From Clostridia bacterium (GTDB lineage Bacteria; Bacillota; Clostridia; Oscillospirales; CAG-382), in the NCBI GenBank assembly GCA_017429165.1, contig JAFRPL010000032.1, positions 173,007 to 237,006 on the forward strand: DNA of 64,000 bases, written 5' to 3'. Within the stretch, counting starts at the first letter, position 1, and every line of letters begins with the position of its first letter. Under the pieces are notes generated by a model. That model ran no database searches and was not told the DNA's origin. It was given only the letters and a program-made list of their open reading frames with translations. The position numbers and the translations under genes were made by a program. Of this stretch, positions 14,784 through 22,156 are shown in pieces.

Positions 14784-16355
14784 TTACACTTGAACGTTAT
14801 TTCTTGCTACTTGTTTATCATCATTGTCGATTTCATAAACAAATACAGCGACTGGCTTTTCTTCATCGGATATCATCAGCACGCCGGAATCTGCAGCACA
14901 TTTGCCGATATAGCCGACAGTTCTGAAAAACAGAGTCTTGCCGACGATCTTCTCCACGATTGGCTCAACACTTTTCGGCGCGTGCTGTTTCATCAGATCT
15001 ACGGCAATATCCTTTAACTCTCCATAAAGCGCCGCCATATCACTGATCTGTTTACTAAGCATCGATTCAACTTCCGCAAGCTCGCGTTTTGTCAGGATCA
15101 TATATTCGTCTTTTCCCGAATCGAGTGAATCTTTGACAAGTGAGCCGTTATAGTTGTAGTGGCATATTTTCGGCAGAATTCCGAAATCCGCAAAAGCCGC
15201 CGCATAACGGTCATTGATTTCGGAGTATCCAGCAAAAGAGTAACAGTCGTTTTCTTTAATGACCAACGTTTCTTTTTCCGTGTCAAATCCCGACTCATCG
15301 TAATCTGTTCCATAATTGATTCCCGTTGCACCGGAATAGATCTCGTCTGGATTACTGTCGGACAAAGTATTCTCAAATACTCCATGTCCTCTATGCATGA
15401 TCAGCCACAACAGCGGCCAGAGCAAATGATTTTCATCGAGCGTGTTTCCACGAAAACCGATCTTGCGCAATTCCGGGAGGAGGAGTTTTGTGTCGCTTAT
15501 GATTTTGCCGATTTTACTTACACAAAGCTCTTTTGCTTTTGAATAGAATTCCAGCGTGTAATCCGAAGTAAAAATCACAAGATTTGTCTGGTACTTGCCG
15601 CCTGGAAGCGCTGAAATCAGCTTGTATTTTTCGAGCAGAGCTATCTCGTCTTCCATATAGACCGACGACACGCCGAGCTCAAGAGACAATTCACGGATCG
15701 TCATTGGAGTATAATACGCGCTGTGAAGTATGTTTCCGGGCAACTTGCGATTGAACAGATTTCTGTATTCGCGGTTGAATTGCCCTGAGAATATCGTAAC
15801 AAATTCAAATTTTGCGGGGTTATAGCTTTTTTCGCCAAACTGTCTTTCCATACCGATACCTTCTTTCAGTAATTGCCTTGTTTTAAACAGGTGATACTTC
15901 ACCATTTCAAGGCTGATGTTTTGTTCTTCTGCTATTTCTTTGCAGGACTTGTTTTGGAAATAAAAGGCAAGGCAAACCTCACGGTGAGTTTTGGAAAGCA
16001 AAGACAGTTCGCGCCGCAGCAGATTCAGGCTTTCGTTTTTGCGCTCGCTCTCGATCAACTCTTCCTCCGGCGACGCTCCGGCGTCAATAAACGTATCGTC
16101 GTCGGGCAACGGCGAAAGCGACTGCCGGCGTTCCTTTTGCTTTATGAATTTGCGGAACGTATTTTCCGCAATTTTCCACAGAAACGCCCAGAACGCTTCG
16201 TCGTCTTTGATCCTGTTTGCCGATCTCAAAACCTCGTACACGATCTCTTGGGCCAGTTCGTCCACATCGTCTTTGTCATAAAGGCGCGCGAATGCGTAGC
16301 CGTAGATGTTTTTCAGGTTATCTGATATCAGCTTTGCCGCTTTTTGGTTTTCCAT
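14784..16355 (-). CDS. Sigma-70 family (ECF-like) sigma factor with ~340-aa C-terminal extension
   Basis: Region 2-like ELAQEIVYEVL...FWAFLWKIAENTFRKF and region 4 HTH CKEIAEEQNISLEMVKYHLFKTRQLLK lie within the first ~180 aa. The remainder includes a winged-helix-like stretch (MTIRELSLELGVSSVYMEDEIALLEKYKLI). Confidence 0.8.
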   Translation of the reverse strand: MENQKAAKLISDNLKNIYGYAFARLYDKDDVDELAQEIVYEVLRSANRIKDDEAFWAFLWKIAENTFRKFIKQKERRQSLSPLPDDDTFIDAGASPEEELIESERKNESLNLLRRELSLLSKTHREVCLAFYFQNKSCKEIAEEQNISLEMVKYHLFKTRQLLKEGIGMERQFGEKSYNPAKFEFVTIFSGQFNREYRNLFNRKLPGNILHSAYYTPMTIRELSLELGVSSVYMEDEIALLEKYKLISALPGGKYQTNLVIFTSDYTLEFYSKAKELCVSKIGKIISDTKLLLPELRKIGFRGNTLDENHLLWPLLWLIMHRGHGVFENTLSDSNPDEIYSGATGINYGTDYDESGFDTEKETLVIKENDCYSFAGYSEINDRYAAAFADFGILPKICHYNYNGSLVKDSLDSGKDEYMILTKRELAEVESMLSKQISDMAALYGELKDIAVDLMKQHAPKSVEPIVEKIVGKTLFFRTVGYIGKCAADSGVLMISDEEKPVAVFVYEIDNDDKQVARNNVQV

Positions 16356-16464
16356 ACCGTTCCTTTTCCTTTTGAAAGCTTTCGCCTATATAGTATCGGT
16401 CGGTGTCTTTTGGTTAATTGTGATCAAATATTTTTTTGCCGCCGAATTTCTCCGACGACAAAAA

Positions 16465-16650
16465 TCATTTCTTTTTATGTTCTTTTTCTCCCTCAGCCGG
16501 TTTATTCTCGCGTTGCGCCTTCCATTCTTCAAACTCGCGCTTGCCTTCTTCGGATTCAAAGAAAGCGCGGATGTCGGGGAGCATATCGTCAACGATAGCT
16601 TGCAGGACGTATTTTGGTACGTCGCATTCGGCGCTTCGCCGCGCAAGCAT
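16465..16650 (-). CDS. Small charged protein (61 aa)
   Basis: ORF MLARRSAECDVPKYVLQAIVDDMLPDIRAFFESEEGKREFEEWKAQRENKPAEGEKEHKKK. Composition is plausible but no family is recognised. Confidence 0.4.
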   Translation of the reverse strand: MLARRSAECDVPKYVLQAIVDDMLPDIRAFFESEEGKREFEEWKAQRENKPAEGEKEHKKK

Positions 16651-16677
16651 ACCGGCGCATTACAAAGCGGCGTCAAG

Positions 16678-17184
16678 TCACCCGGCCTCATCATTCCCCG
16701 ACGTCCACTGGTACGCAATGCGCGGCGAGCCGTCGGCGATGTATATGGTGCCGCACTTTACGAATCCGTTCGATTCGATACGGCGCTGCATGATCTTATT
16801 GTCGGCATGGGTGTCGATCCTTATGTTTTGCGCAAAGCTCTTGCAAAAATCCGCCGCGCATTTGAATATGCCGTGCGTTTTTCCGTCGCCCGCTATGCGG
16901 TGGATCGTAACGTACGGTCCGGAGTTGAGCCACGCGCCGCCTTCTATGCGCGCGTACGTAGGGTCTTCGCCGCTTATCAGCGCGAATGCTCCGTGCACGC
17001 CGTCTTCGTCATATACAGCCATGCAGTACCCTTCACGGATATCAGTTTGGACAAGCTCCGGCGAAGGGTATCCGCGCCCCCACTGGCGGGGATTCCCGCT
17101 GCGTATCATAAAACCCCGCGCGTATTCGTATATCTGCATTATGCGTTCGAAATCCTTAGGAACGGCTTTTCTTACTTTAAGCAT
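16678..17184 (-). CDS. GNAT-family N-acetyltransferase
   Basis: 168 aa with a typical GNAT core (VTIHRIAGDGKTHGIFKCAADFCKSF...RIDTHADNKIMQRRIESNGFVKCG). Confidence 0.85.
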   Translation of the reverse strand: MLKVRKAVPKDFERIMQIYEYARGFMIRSGNPRQWGRGYPSPELVQTDIREGYCMAVYDEDGVHGAFALISGEDPTYARIEGGAWLNSGPYVTIHRIAGDGKTHGIFKCAADFCKSFAQNIRIDTHADNKIMQRRIESNGFVKCGTIYIADGSPRIAYQWTSGNDEAG

Positions 17185-17292
17185 ATTATCACATACCTTT
17201 TATTTACTATACCATACCGCCGACTGAAAAGCAATACAAAAAAGCGCAAGACAGACGCGCACAAATAAAAAGCGCGTTTTGCAAAATAATCA

Positions 17293-17321
17293 TTGACAAC
17301 AGGCAAAAATTATGATATACT
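17293..17321 (+). promoter_or_regulatory. Promoter of tRNA-His (TTGACA-17-TGa-TATACT)
   Basis: TTGACA 17293..17298 and an extended -10 ending at 17321, 12 nt before the tRNA. Confidence 0.6.
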
Positions 17322-17332
17322 CACAAAAGCTC

Positions 17333-17410
17333 GGTGGAAGTAGCTCAGTTGGTTAGAGTATCAGGTTGTGGCCCTGAGGGTCGTGGGTTCGAGTCCCATC
17401 TTCCACCCCA
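17333..17410 (+). tRNA. tRNA-His(GUG): tRNA-His (anticodon GUG)
   Basis: Extra 5' G(-1), acceptor GTGGAAG/CTTCCAC, anticodon loop TTGTGGC, T-arm GTGGG-TTCGAGT-CCCAT, and an encoded CCA. Confidence 0.9.
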
Positions 17411-17418
17411 GCAAAAAT

Positions 17419-17441
17419 GGCACGCGCAAGCGTGCCTTTTT
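17419..17441 (+). terminator. Rho-independent terminator of tRNA-His
   Basis: GGCACGC-GCAA-GCGTGCC followed by TTTTT. Confidence 0.8.
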
Positions 17442-17443
17442 GC

Positions 17444-17532
17444 AACTAAATCCTTCCTCCCAATTCCCCGAAACGAGCGATACGAGTTTTGGGGAACGGG
17501 GTCCGCGATTTCACTAAGTGTTTTATCATCCC
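17444..17532 (+). repeat. Micro-hairpin element B (related to the first module of array A)
   Basis: TCCTTCCTCCCAATTCCCC-GAAACGAG..CGAGTTTTGGGG-AACGGGGT, then ATTTCAC and TTATCAT spacers. Aligns with 12609..12680. Confidence 0.55.
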
Positions 17533-17559
17533 GCAAGAATCATTTCGTCTTGCTTTTTT
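17533..17559 (+). terminator. Second terminator closing element B
   Basis: GCAAGA-9 nt-TCTTGC followed by TTTTTT. Confidence 0.6.
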
Positions 17560-17641
17560 AACAAAAACATTGTATAATAAAAGCGCGAAAAGTGGTATAA
17601 AGTCATTGTACCAAATTTGCGCGGATCTGCGGGAGGAGAAG

Positions 17642-19090
17642 ATGGGAAAAGTGAAAAAAGCTCTGGCGTTTGCCGGAAAGCTGTTGTTATACTACGCGGC
17701 GATACCGTTTATCGCATGTCTGGTCGGCGTCGTCTTCTATTTTGGGTTACTCGACTTTGCGGTCGTGCCCGCCGCCATACTCTTGATATATATCTTCATC
17801 CGGTGGAAAAAGCTCCTCGATATGCGCGAAGCGGCGGTGATGAACATCTGGATGTTCGCCGCGGTGGCTATAGTGTTCGCTTTTACCGCAGTCATTTCAA
17901 AAGGCGATTTCACGGGCGCGTCGCGGACGATCATCAGCGTGGTCTGTTTTCCGTTCATAATCGTTCCGTATTCGGATTTTACCCTTATAATCGTAGCGCT
18001 CGTCACCTATTTTATCGCGGCGCTCACCTGCGCGATCTGCGCGGGGTTCCGCGTTAAGGCGGCGCGTTCTGTCATAGGCGTGATCGTCGCCGCGGCGGCG
18101 TTGTTCGTGGGGTTCAGAGCTTACGGCAACAGATCGGAAGTGAGGTACGCCGGGCACGGATTTAAGTATATGCACGGCTATTCGAGCACCGATTTCACCG
18201 ATTACACGGTCTACGCTTCCAAATCCAAGCTCGTGACCCCCGACACGGATCCCGGCTATATGATAGAAAACGAAGAAGAAATGCCGGTGATGGACGGGGC
18301 CGAGGCGTGCTATCCGCTTTACGCGGCGTTCGCCAAAGCCGTTTACAAAAATATAGACGTCATCGAGCGCGAATACATACAATCCGGACAGGATTCGGGA
18401 GCAAACGGAAAGATAGTCACGTTCACCAACACGGTGGTAGGATTCGAACGCCTTGTGAACTGTGACGCCGATCTGTTTTTCGGCGCACGGCCCTCGAAAT
18501 CGCAGCAGGAATACGCAAAGAATGCGGGAGTGGAGCTCGTCATCACACCCATTGGCAAAGAGGCGTTCGTGTTCTTTGTTGAAGACGACAACCCCGTCGA
18601 TTCGCTGACGAGCGAGCAGCTCAGGGCGATCTACCACGGCGACGTCACTAACTGGAAAGACATGGGCGGCAAAGACGAAGAGATCGTTGCGTTCCAGCGC
18701 CCGGAAAATTCCGGCTCACAGACAATGATGCAGTATTTTATGGGCGAAACGTCTTTGATGGATCCGAAAAAATACTACGTCGCCGATATGGCGGGCGTTT
18801 TGGACGTTGTCGCACAGTACGCCAACGAAGCCGGCGCTTTGGGATATTCGTTCCGCTACTTTGTGGAAGAACTTCAGCAGGAAAAAGGCGTAAAGCTTAT
18901 ATCTGTTGACGGGGTGGCGCCCACTTTGGAAAACATAGAAAACGGCACGTATCCGCTCACGGTGGATCTGGTACTCATAACCCGCAAAAACAACAAAAAC
19001 GCGCGCGTGGAACAGATGATAGAATTCATCCTTTCGGAATCCGGTCAGGAGATTATACGCAAGACCGGCTACGCCGCTTTGGGAAACTGA
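17642..19090 (+). CDS. Membrane-anchored PstS-like (type 2 periplasmic-binding fold) substrate-binding protein
   Basis: ATG 17642 after GGGAGGAGAA. The N-terminal ~190 aa are polytopic. The C-terminus (FGARPSKSQQEYAKNAGVELVITPIGKEAFVFFV...LRAIYHGDVTNWKDMGG...QRPENSGSQ) is PstS/PBP_like_2-type. The track start at 17489 would span a terminator. Confidence 0.8.
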   Translation: MGKVKKALAFAGKLLLYYAAIPFIACLVGVVFYFGLLDFAVVPAAILLIYIFIRWKKLLDMREAAVMNIWMFAAVAIVFAFTAVISKGDFTGASRTIISVVCFPFIIVPYSDFTLIIVALVTYFIAALTCAICAGFRVKAARSVIGVIVAAAALFVGFRAYGNRSEVRYAGHGFKYMHGYSSTDFTDYTVYASKSKLVTPDTDPGYMIENEEEMPVMDGAEACYPLYAAFAKAVYKNIDVIEREYIQSGQDSGANGKIVTFTNTVVGFERLVNCDADLFFGARPSKSQQEYAKNAGVELVITPIGKEAFVFFVEDDNPVDSLTSEQLRAIYHGDVTNWKDMGGKDEEIVAFQRPENSGSQTMMQYFMGETSLMDPKKYYVADMAGVLDVVAQYANEAGALGYSFRYFVEELQQEKGVKLISVDGVAPTLENIENGTYPLTVDLVLITRKNNKNARVEQMIEFILSESGQEIIRKTGYAALGN

Positions 19091-19126
19091 AAAGAAAAAG
19101 ACCGAAATATTGAAAGGCACGGACAG

Positions 19127-19873
19127 ATGGATATTCTGGAACTTAAAAACGTATCGTTCAGCGTGGCTGACGAAAGCAGCGCCAAAGAGATAGTGCGCGA
19201 CGTGGATCTCAGCATACCGTACGGCAAGCTGATCGCCGTCACCGGCCCCAACGGCGGCGGAAAATCCACGCTCGCCAAGCTTATAGCGGGTATAGAAAAG
19301 CCCACCGAAGGCGCGATATTCTTCAAAGGCGAAGACATAACCGAAAGATCGATAACCGACCGCGCAAAAGCGGGGATCGGCTTTGCGTTCCAGCAGCCGG
19401 TAAAATTCAAGGGCATACGCGTGCTCGACCTGCTGCGCATCGCCGCGGGCAGAAAGCTCACGGTCGCCGAAGCGTGCGAATTCCTTTCGCTGGTGGGGCT
19501 GTGCGCGCGCGATTATATAGACCGCGAGGTGAACGCCAGTCTTTCCGGCGGCGAACTCAAACGCATAGAGATCGCCACCCTGCTTGCGCGCAGGACCGAG
19601 CTCGCCGTGTTCGACGAGCCGGAGGCCGGCATAGACCTGTGGTCGTTCAACAACCTTATAGACGTATTCCGCCGCATGCGCGACGGGATGGACGGCGGTT
19701 CAATTATCATAATTTCGCATCAGGAACGTATATTGAACATAGCCGACGAGATCGTGGTGCTCAAAGACGGCCGCGTGGCAAGCCGCGGCAGCCGCGACGA
19801 TATACTGCCCACGCTGATAGGCACATCCGCCGCGGTGAACTACTGCGTTAAGATCGATCCCAACGGGAGGTGA
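19127..19873 (+). CDS. sufC: Fe-S cluster assembly ATPase SufC
   Basis: ABC ATPase with GPNGGGKST, LSGGELKR and LAVFDEPEAG. Followed by a SufB/D-family gene. Confidence 0.85.
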   Translation: MDILELKNVSFSVADESSAKEIVRDVDLSIPYGKLIAVTGPNGGGKSTLAKLIAGIEKPTEGAIFFKGEDITERSITDRAKAGIGFAFQQPVKFKGIRVLDLLRIAAGRKLTVAEACEFLSLVGLCARDYIDREVNASLSGGELKRIEIATLLARRTELAVFDEPEAGIDLWSFNNLIDVFRRMRDGMDGGSIIIISHQERILNIADEIVVLKDGRVASRGSRDDILPTLIGTSAAVNYCVKIDPNGR

Positions 19874-19877
19874 CGGC

Positions 19878-20804
19878 ATGAAAGAACTCGATACCATTCA
19901 AAAGCGGCTGCTCGAAGAAGTCGCCGACCTTCATACCGTACCCGAAGGCGCGTACAACATCCGCGCAAACGGCGAATCCGCCGGGAGAAGATCCACCGAA
20001 AACATAGAGATAACTTCCAAGACCGGCGTGAGCGGACTTGAGATACGCATAAAGCCGTTCACCAAAAACGAAAGCGTACATATCCCCGTGGTCATAGCGG
20101 AAAGCGGGCTGAAGGAAGTGGTCTACAACGATTTTTACGTGGGCGAAGGCGCCGACGTCGTCATCGTCGCCGGCTGCGGGATCGATAACTGCGGCAGCCA
20201 GGATTCGCAGCACGACGGCGTGCACCGCTTCTTCATAGGCAAGGGCGCGCACGTCAAATACGTGGAAAAGCATTACGGTTCCGGCGACGGCGCCGGCAAA
20301 CGCATACTCAACCCGGTGACCGAAGTGTACCAGGAAGAAGACAGCTTTGCCGAAATGGAAATGGTGCAGATAAAGGGCGTGGACGATACGCTGCGCACCA
20401 CCAAAGCCGAGCTCGCAGGAGGGGCAAAGCTTATTGTGCGCGAACGTCTTATGACGCACGGCGAACAGAACGCGGTAAGCAAATACGAAGTAGCGCTCAA
20501 CGGAAAAGGTTCGAGCGCCGACGTGGTTTCGCGCTCGGTCGCGCGCGGGGATTCGCACCAGGTTTTCGACGCCAAGATAGCCGGCAACGCCCCCTGTAAG
20601 GGACATACGGAATGTGATTCCATCATAATGGACCGCGGACGCATACTCGCCGTCCCGGGGCTTGAAGCCAACGACACCGAAGCCGAGCTGTTCCACGAGG
20701 CAGCCATTGGCAAGATAGCGGGCGACCAGCTCATAAAGCTGATGACTCTGGGGCTTACCGAAGCCGAAGCCGAAGAGCAGATAATCAACGGATTCCTGCG
20801 TTAG
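19878..20804 (+). CDS. SufB/SufD-family Fe-S assembly protein
   Basis: 308 aa with beta-helix-like repeats and a C-terminal ...HEAAIGKIAGDQLIKLMTLGLTEAEAEEQIINGFL typical of SufB/SufD. Confidence 0.8.
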   Translation: MKELDTIQKRLLEEVADLHTVPEGAYNIRANGESAGRRSTENIEITSKTGVSGLEIRIKPFTKNESVHIPVVIAESGLKEVVYNDFYVGEGADVVIVAGCGIDNCGSQDSQHDGVHRFFIGKGAHVKYVEKHYGSGDGAGKRILNPVTEVYQEEDSFAEMEMVQIKGVDDTLRTTKAELAGGAKLIVRERLMTHGEQNAVSKYEVALNGKGSSADVVSRSVARGDSHQVFDAKIAGNAPCKGHTECDSIIMDRGRILAVPGLEANDTEAELFHEAAIGKIAGDQLIKLMTLGLTEAEAEEQIINGFLR

Positions 20805-20812
20805 GAGCGGCC

Positions 20813-21379
20813 ATGACACAGCGCGAACTTATTCTTGCCGGCGGGATCTACGACCCGACCGACCCAGAACTCGCCGCCGAGCAGGCGGAATACAGCAAAA
20901 AGCTTTTTGCGTTCAATTCCCTGCCGCCGGAGGATATGCCCGCGCGTGAACGCTATTACAGCGACACGTTCGCTTCCGTGGGCGAGGGCTGCTATATAGA
21001 GCCGCCATTCCACGCCAACTGGGGCGGGAAAAATCTGCACGTGGGCAAAAGGTTTTACGCAAATTTCAATTTCACCGCGGTGGACGACGCGGATATCTTC
21101 ATAGGCGATAATGTGCTTATCGGCCCCAATGTCACCATAGCCACCGCCTGCCATCCGATCGACCCCGAGCCGAGGCGCAAGGGCCTTCAGTATAACAGGC
21201 CGGTGCACATAGGCGATAACGTTTGGATCGGCGCGGGTGCGATCATCCTGCCGGGCGTGACCGTGGGTGAAAATTCTGTCATTGGCGCGGGCAGCGTGGT
21301 CACAAAGGATATCCCCGCGAATTCGGTCGCCGTCGGCAACCCCTGCCGCGTTATCCGCACGGTAAACGAAAACACTTGA
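20813..21379 (+). CDS. Maltose/galactoside O-acetyltransferase (hexapeptide-repeat)
   Basis: N-terminal Mac domain (GGIYDPTDPELAAEQAEYSKKLFAFNS) and a left-handed beta-helix (IGDNVLIGPNVTI...IGDNVWIGAGAIILPGVTVGENSVIGAGSVV). Confidence 0.85.
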   Translation: MTQRELILAGGIYDPTDPELAAEQAEYSKKLFAFNSLPPEDMPARERYYSDTFASVGEGCYIEPPFHANWGGKNLHVGKRFYANFNFTAVDDADIFIGDNVLIGPNVTIATACHPIDPEPRRKGLQYNRPVHIGDNVWIGAGAIILPGVTVGENSVIGAGSVVTKDIPANSVAVGNPCRVIRTVNENT

Positions 21380-21404
21380 CACAATAGAGATCATATAGTA
21401 TAAT
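21376..21404 (+). promoter_or_regulatory. Promoter of tRNA-Pro (TTGACA-17-TATAAT)
   Basis: TTGACA 21376..21381 (overlapping the end of the acetyltransferase gene) and TATAAT 21399..21404. Confidence 0.6.
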
Positions 21405-21436
21405 AGCAAACGCTCCGCAAAATGCGGAGCGGATAA

Positions 21437-21512
21437 CGGGATGTAGCGCAGCTGGTAGCGCGCGTGGTTTGGGACCACGATGTCGCAGGTTCGAACCCTG
21501 TCATTCCGACCA
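21437..21512 (+). tRNA. tRNA-Pro(UGG): tRNA-Pro (anticodon UGG)
   Basis: Acceptor CGGGATG/CATTCCG, anticodon stem CGTGG/CCACG with loop TTTGGGA, T-arm GCAGG-TTCGAAC-CCTGT, and an encoded CCA. Confidence 0.9.
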
Positions 21513-21563
21513 AAAAAGAGCAAAAGGGGGTTTACCTCTTTTGCTTCTTTTTTTATTTATAAG

Positions 21564-21593
21564 ACAGGGTTCGAAGGGCGCGTGTTGAATGAC
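21564..21593 (+). repeat. 30-nt direct repeat, copy 1 (ACAGGGTTCGAAGGGCGCGTGTTGAATGAC)
   Basis: Identical to 23603..23632. Its first 10 nt are the reverse complement of the tRNA-Pro T-arm 3' half. Confidence 0.9.
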
Positions 21594-21640
21594 GTGCCGG
21601 TGGCACGTCAGACCGCGCCACCGCTCCGCCCGCAGGCGGG

Positions 21641-21661
21641 CGAACCCTGTCATTCCGACCA
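21641..21661 (+). repeat. 21-nt duplicate of the tRNA-Pro 3' end
   Basis: CGAACCCTGTCATTCCGACCA at 21641..21661 is identical to 21492..21512. Confidence 0.9.
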
Positions 21662-21662
21662 G

Positions 21663-21694
21663 AAAAAGTCCGGCGCTTGCGCGTCGGACTTTTT
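21663..21694. terminator. Bidirectional-looking terminator hairpin
   Basis: AAAAA-GTCCGGCGC-TTGC-GCGTCGGAC-TTTTT. Confidence 0.6.
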
Positions 21695-21881
21695 CAACTC
21701 TATTCGCCTTCGGCGAGTTTAATTGCGTTGCAGTGTTATTCGGCTGACGCCGAGTGTTATTGCGCTTCGCGCAGTTTAAGGCGAATAGAATATCACTTCG
21801 AGCGAAAGCTCGAAATATCACTTTTCGCGCAGCGAAAAATATCACATCACGCGTCAGCGGGATATTTCACTCTTGTAAGGT
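21695..21881 (+). repeat. Micro-hairpin array C (ATATCAC-punctuated)
   Basis: ATATCAC at 21790, 21815 and 21839 and ATTTCAC at 21864. Inserts are TTCGAGC-GAAA-GCTCGAA, TTTTCGC-GCA-GCGAAAA and ATCACGC-GTCA-GCGGGAT. Preceded by TCGCC-TTC-GGCGA, TCGGC-TGAC-GCCGA and TGCGC-TTC-GCGCA. Confidence 0.7.
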
Positions 21882-21910
21882 AGCAGGCTCGGTGAGTCTG
21901 CTCGTTTTTT
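21882..21910 (+). terminator. Terminator closing array C
   Basis: AGCAG-GCTCGGTGAGT-CTGCT followed by CGTTTTTT. Confidence 0.6.
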
Positions 21911-22058
21911 CAGCCGGTATTAACGGTTACGCAACTTAAAAAAGTGTGTAAACCCACTATGACACTTTCACGGCTTCGTCGTGCAAAGATGCCAGTGTGC
22001 TTTATATCAACGCAAGAAATCGAAAAAACTTCGTCCAGTCACTCACGCTCGGCATCAA

Positions 22059-22119
22059 CAACTCGTTGAGTTGACAACAACAAATTGATAATTGACTTCG
22101 CTTTATATTCTGATATAAT
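22059..22119 (+). promoter_or_regulatory. Operator-like palindrome plus promoter of XRE-TPR paralog 2
   Basis: CAACTC-gtt-GAGTTG at 22059..22073, then TTGACT (22092..22097)-16 nt-TGa-TATAAT (22114..22119). Confidence 0.5.
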
Positions 22120-22156
22120 GAAGTTACACCGGTGAATTCAAATGCTTGGAGGAAAT

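Larger units (their letters stand above)
12870..16460. mobile_element. Lower-GC islet beside tRNA-Leu (remnant of an integrative/mobilisable element?)
   Basis: Visibly more AT-rich than the flanks. Contains a frameshifted TnpV-like gene, an XRE-TPR regulator and a long sigma factor. No integrase or recombinase is present, so the boundaries are approximate. Confidence 0.4.

Noticed and set aside
16306-17268. 320-aa and 263-aa plus-strand ORFs
   Set aside because: They are antisense to the sigma-factor 5' end, the small ORF and the GNAT gene, and they have a low-complexity Phe/Arg-rich composition.
17489-17641. N-terminal 51 codons of track ORF 17489..19090
   Set aside because: This stretch contains the terminator at 17533..17559 and a promoter-like region. 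ATG 17642 has a strong GGGAGGAG RBS and begins the hydrophobic N-terminus.
21564-21661. A second tRNA or pseudo-tRNA downstream of tRNA-Pro
   Set aside because: Only the last 21 nt match the tRNA. I could not fold D, anticodon and T arms, and the 17 nt before the acceptor 3' strand do not form a T-arm. It is kept as a duplication/att-like finding instead.
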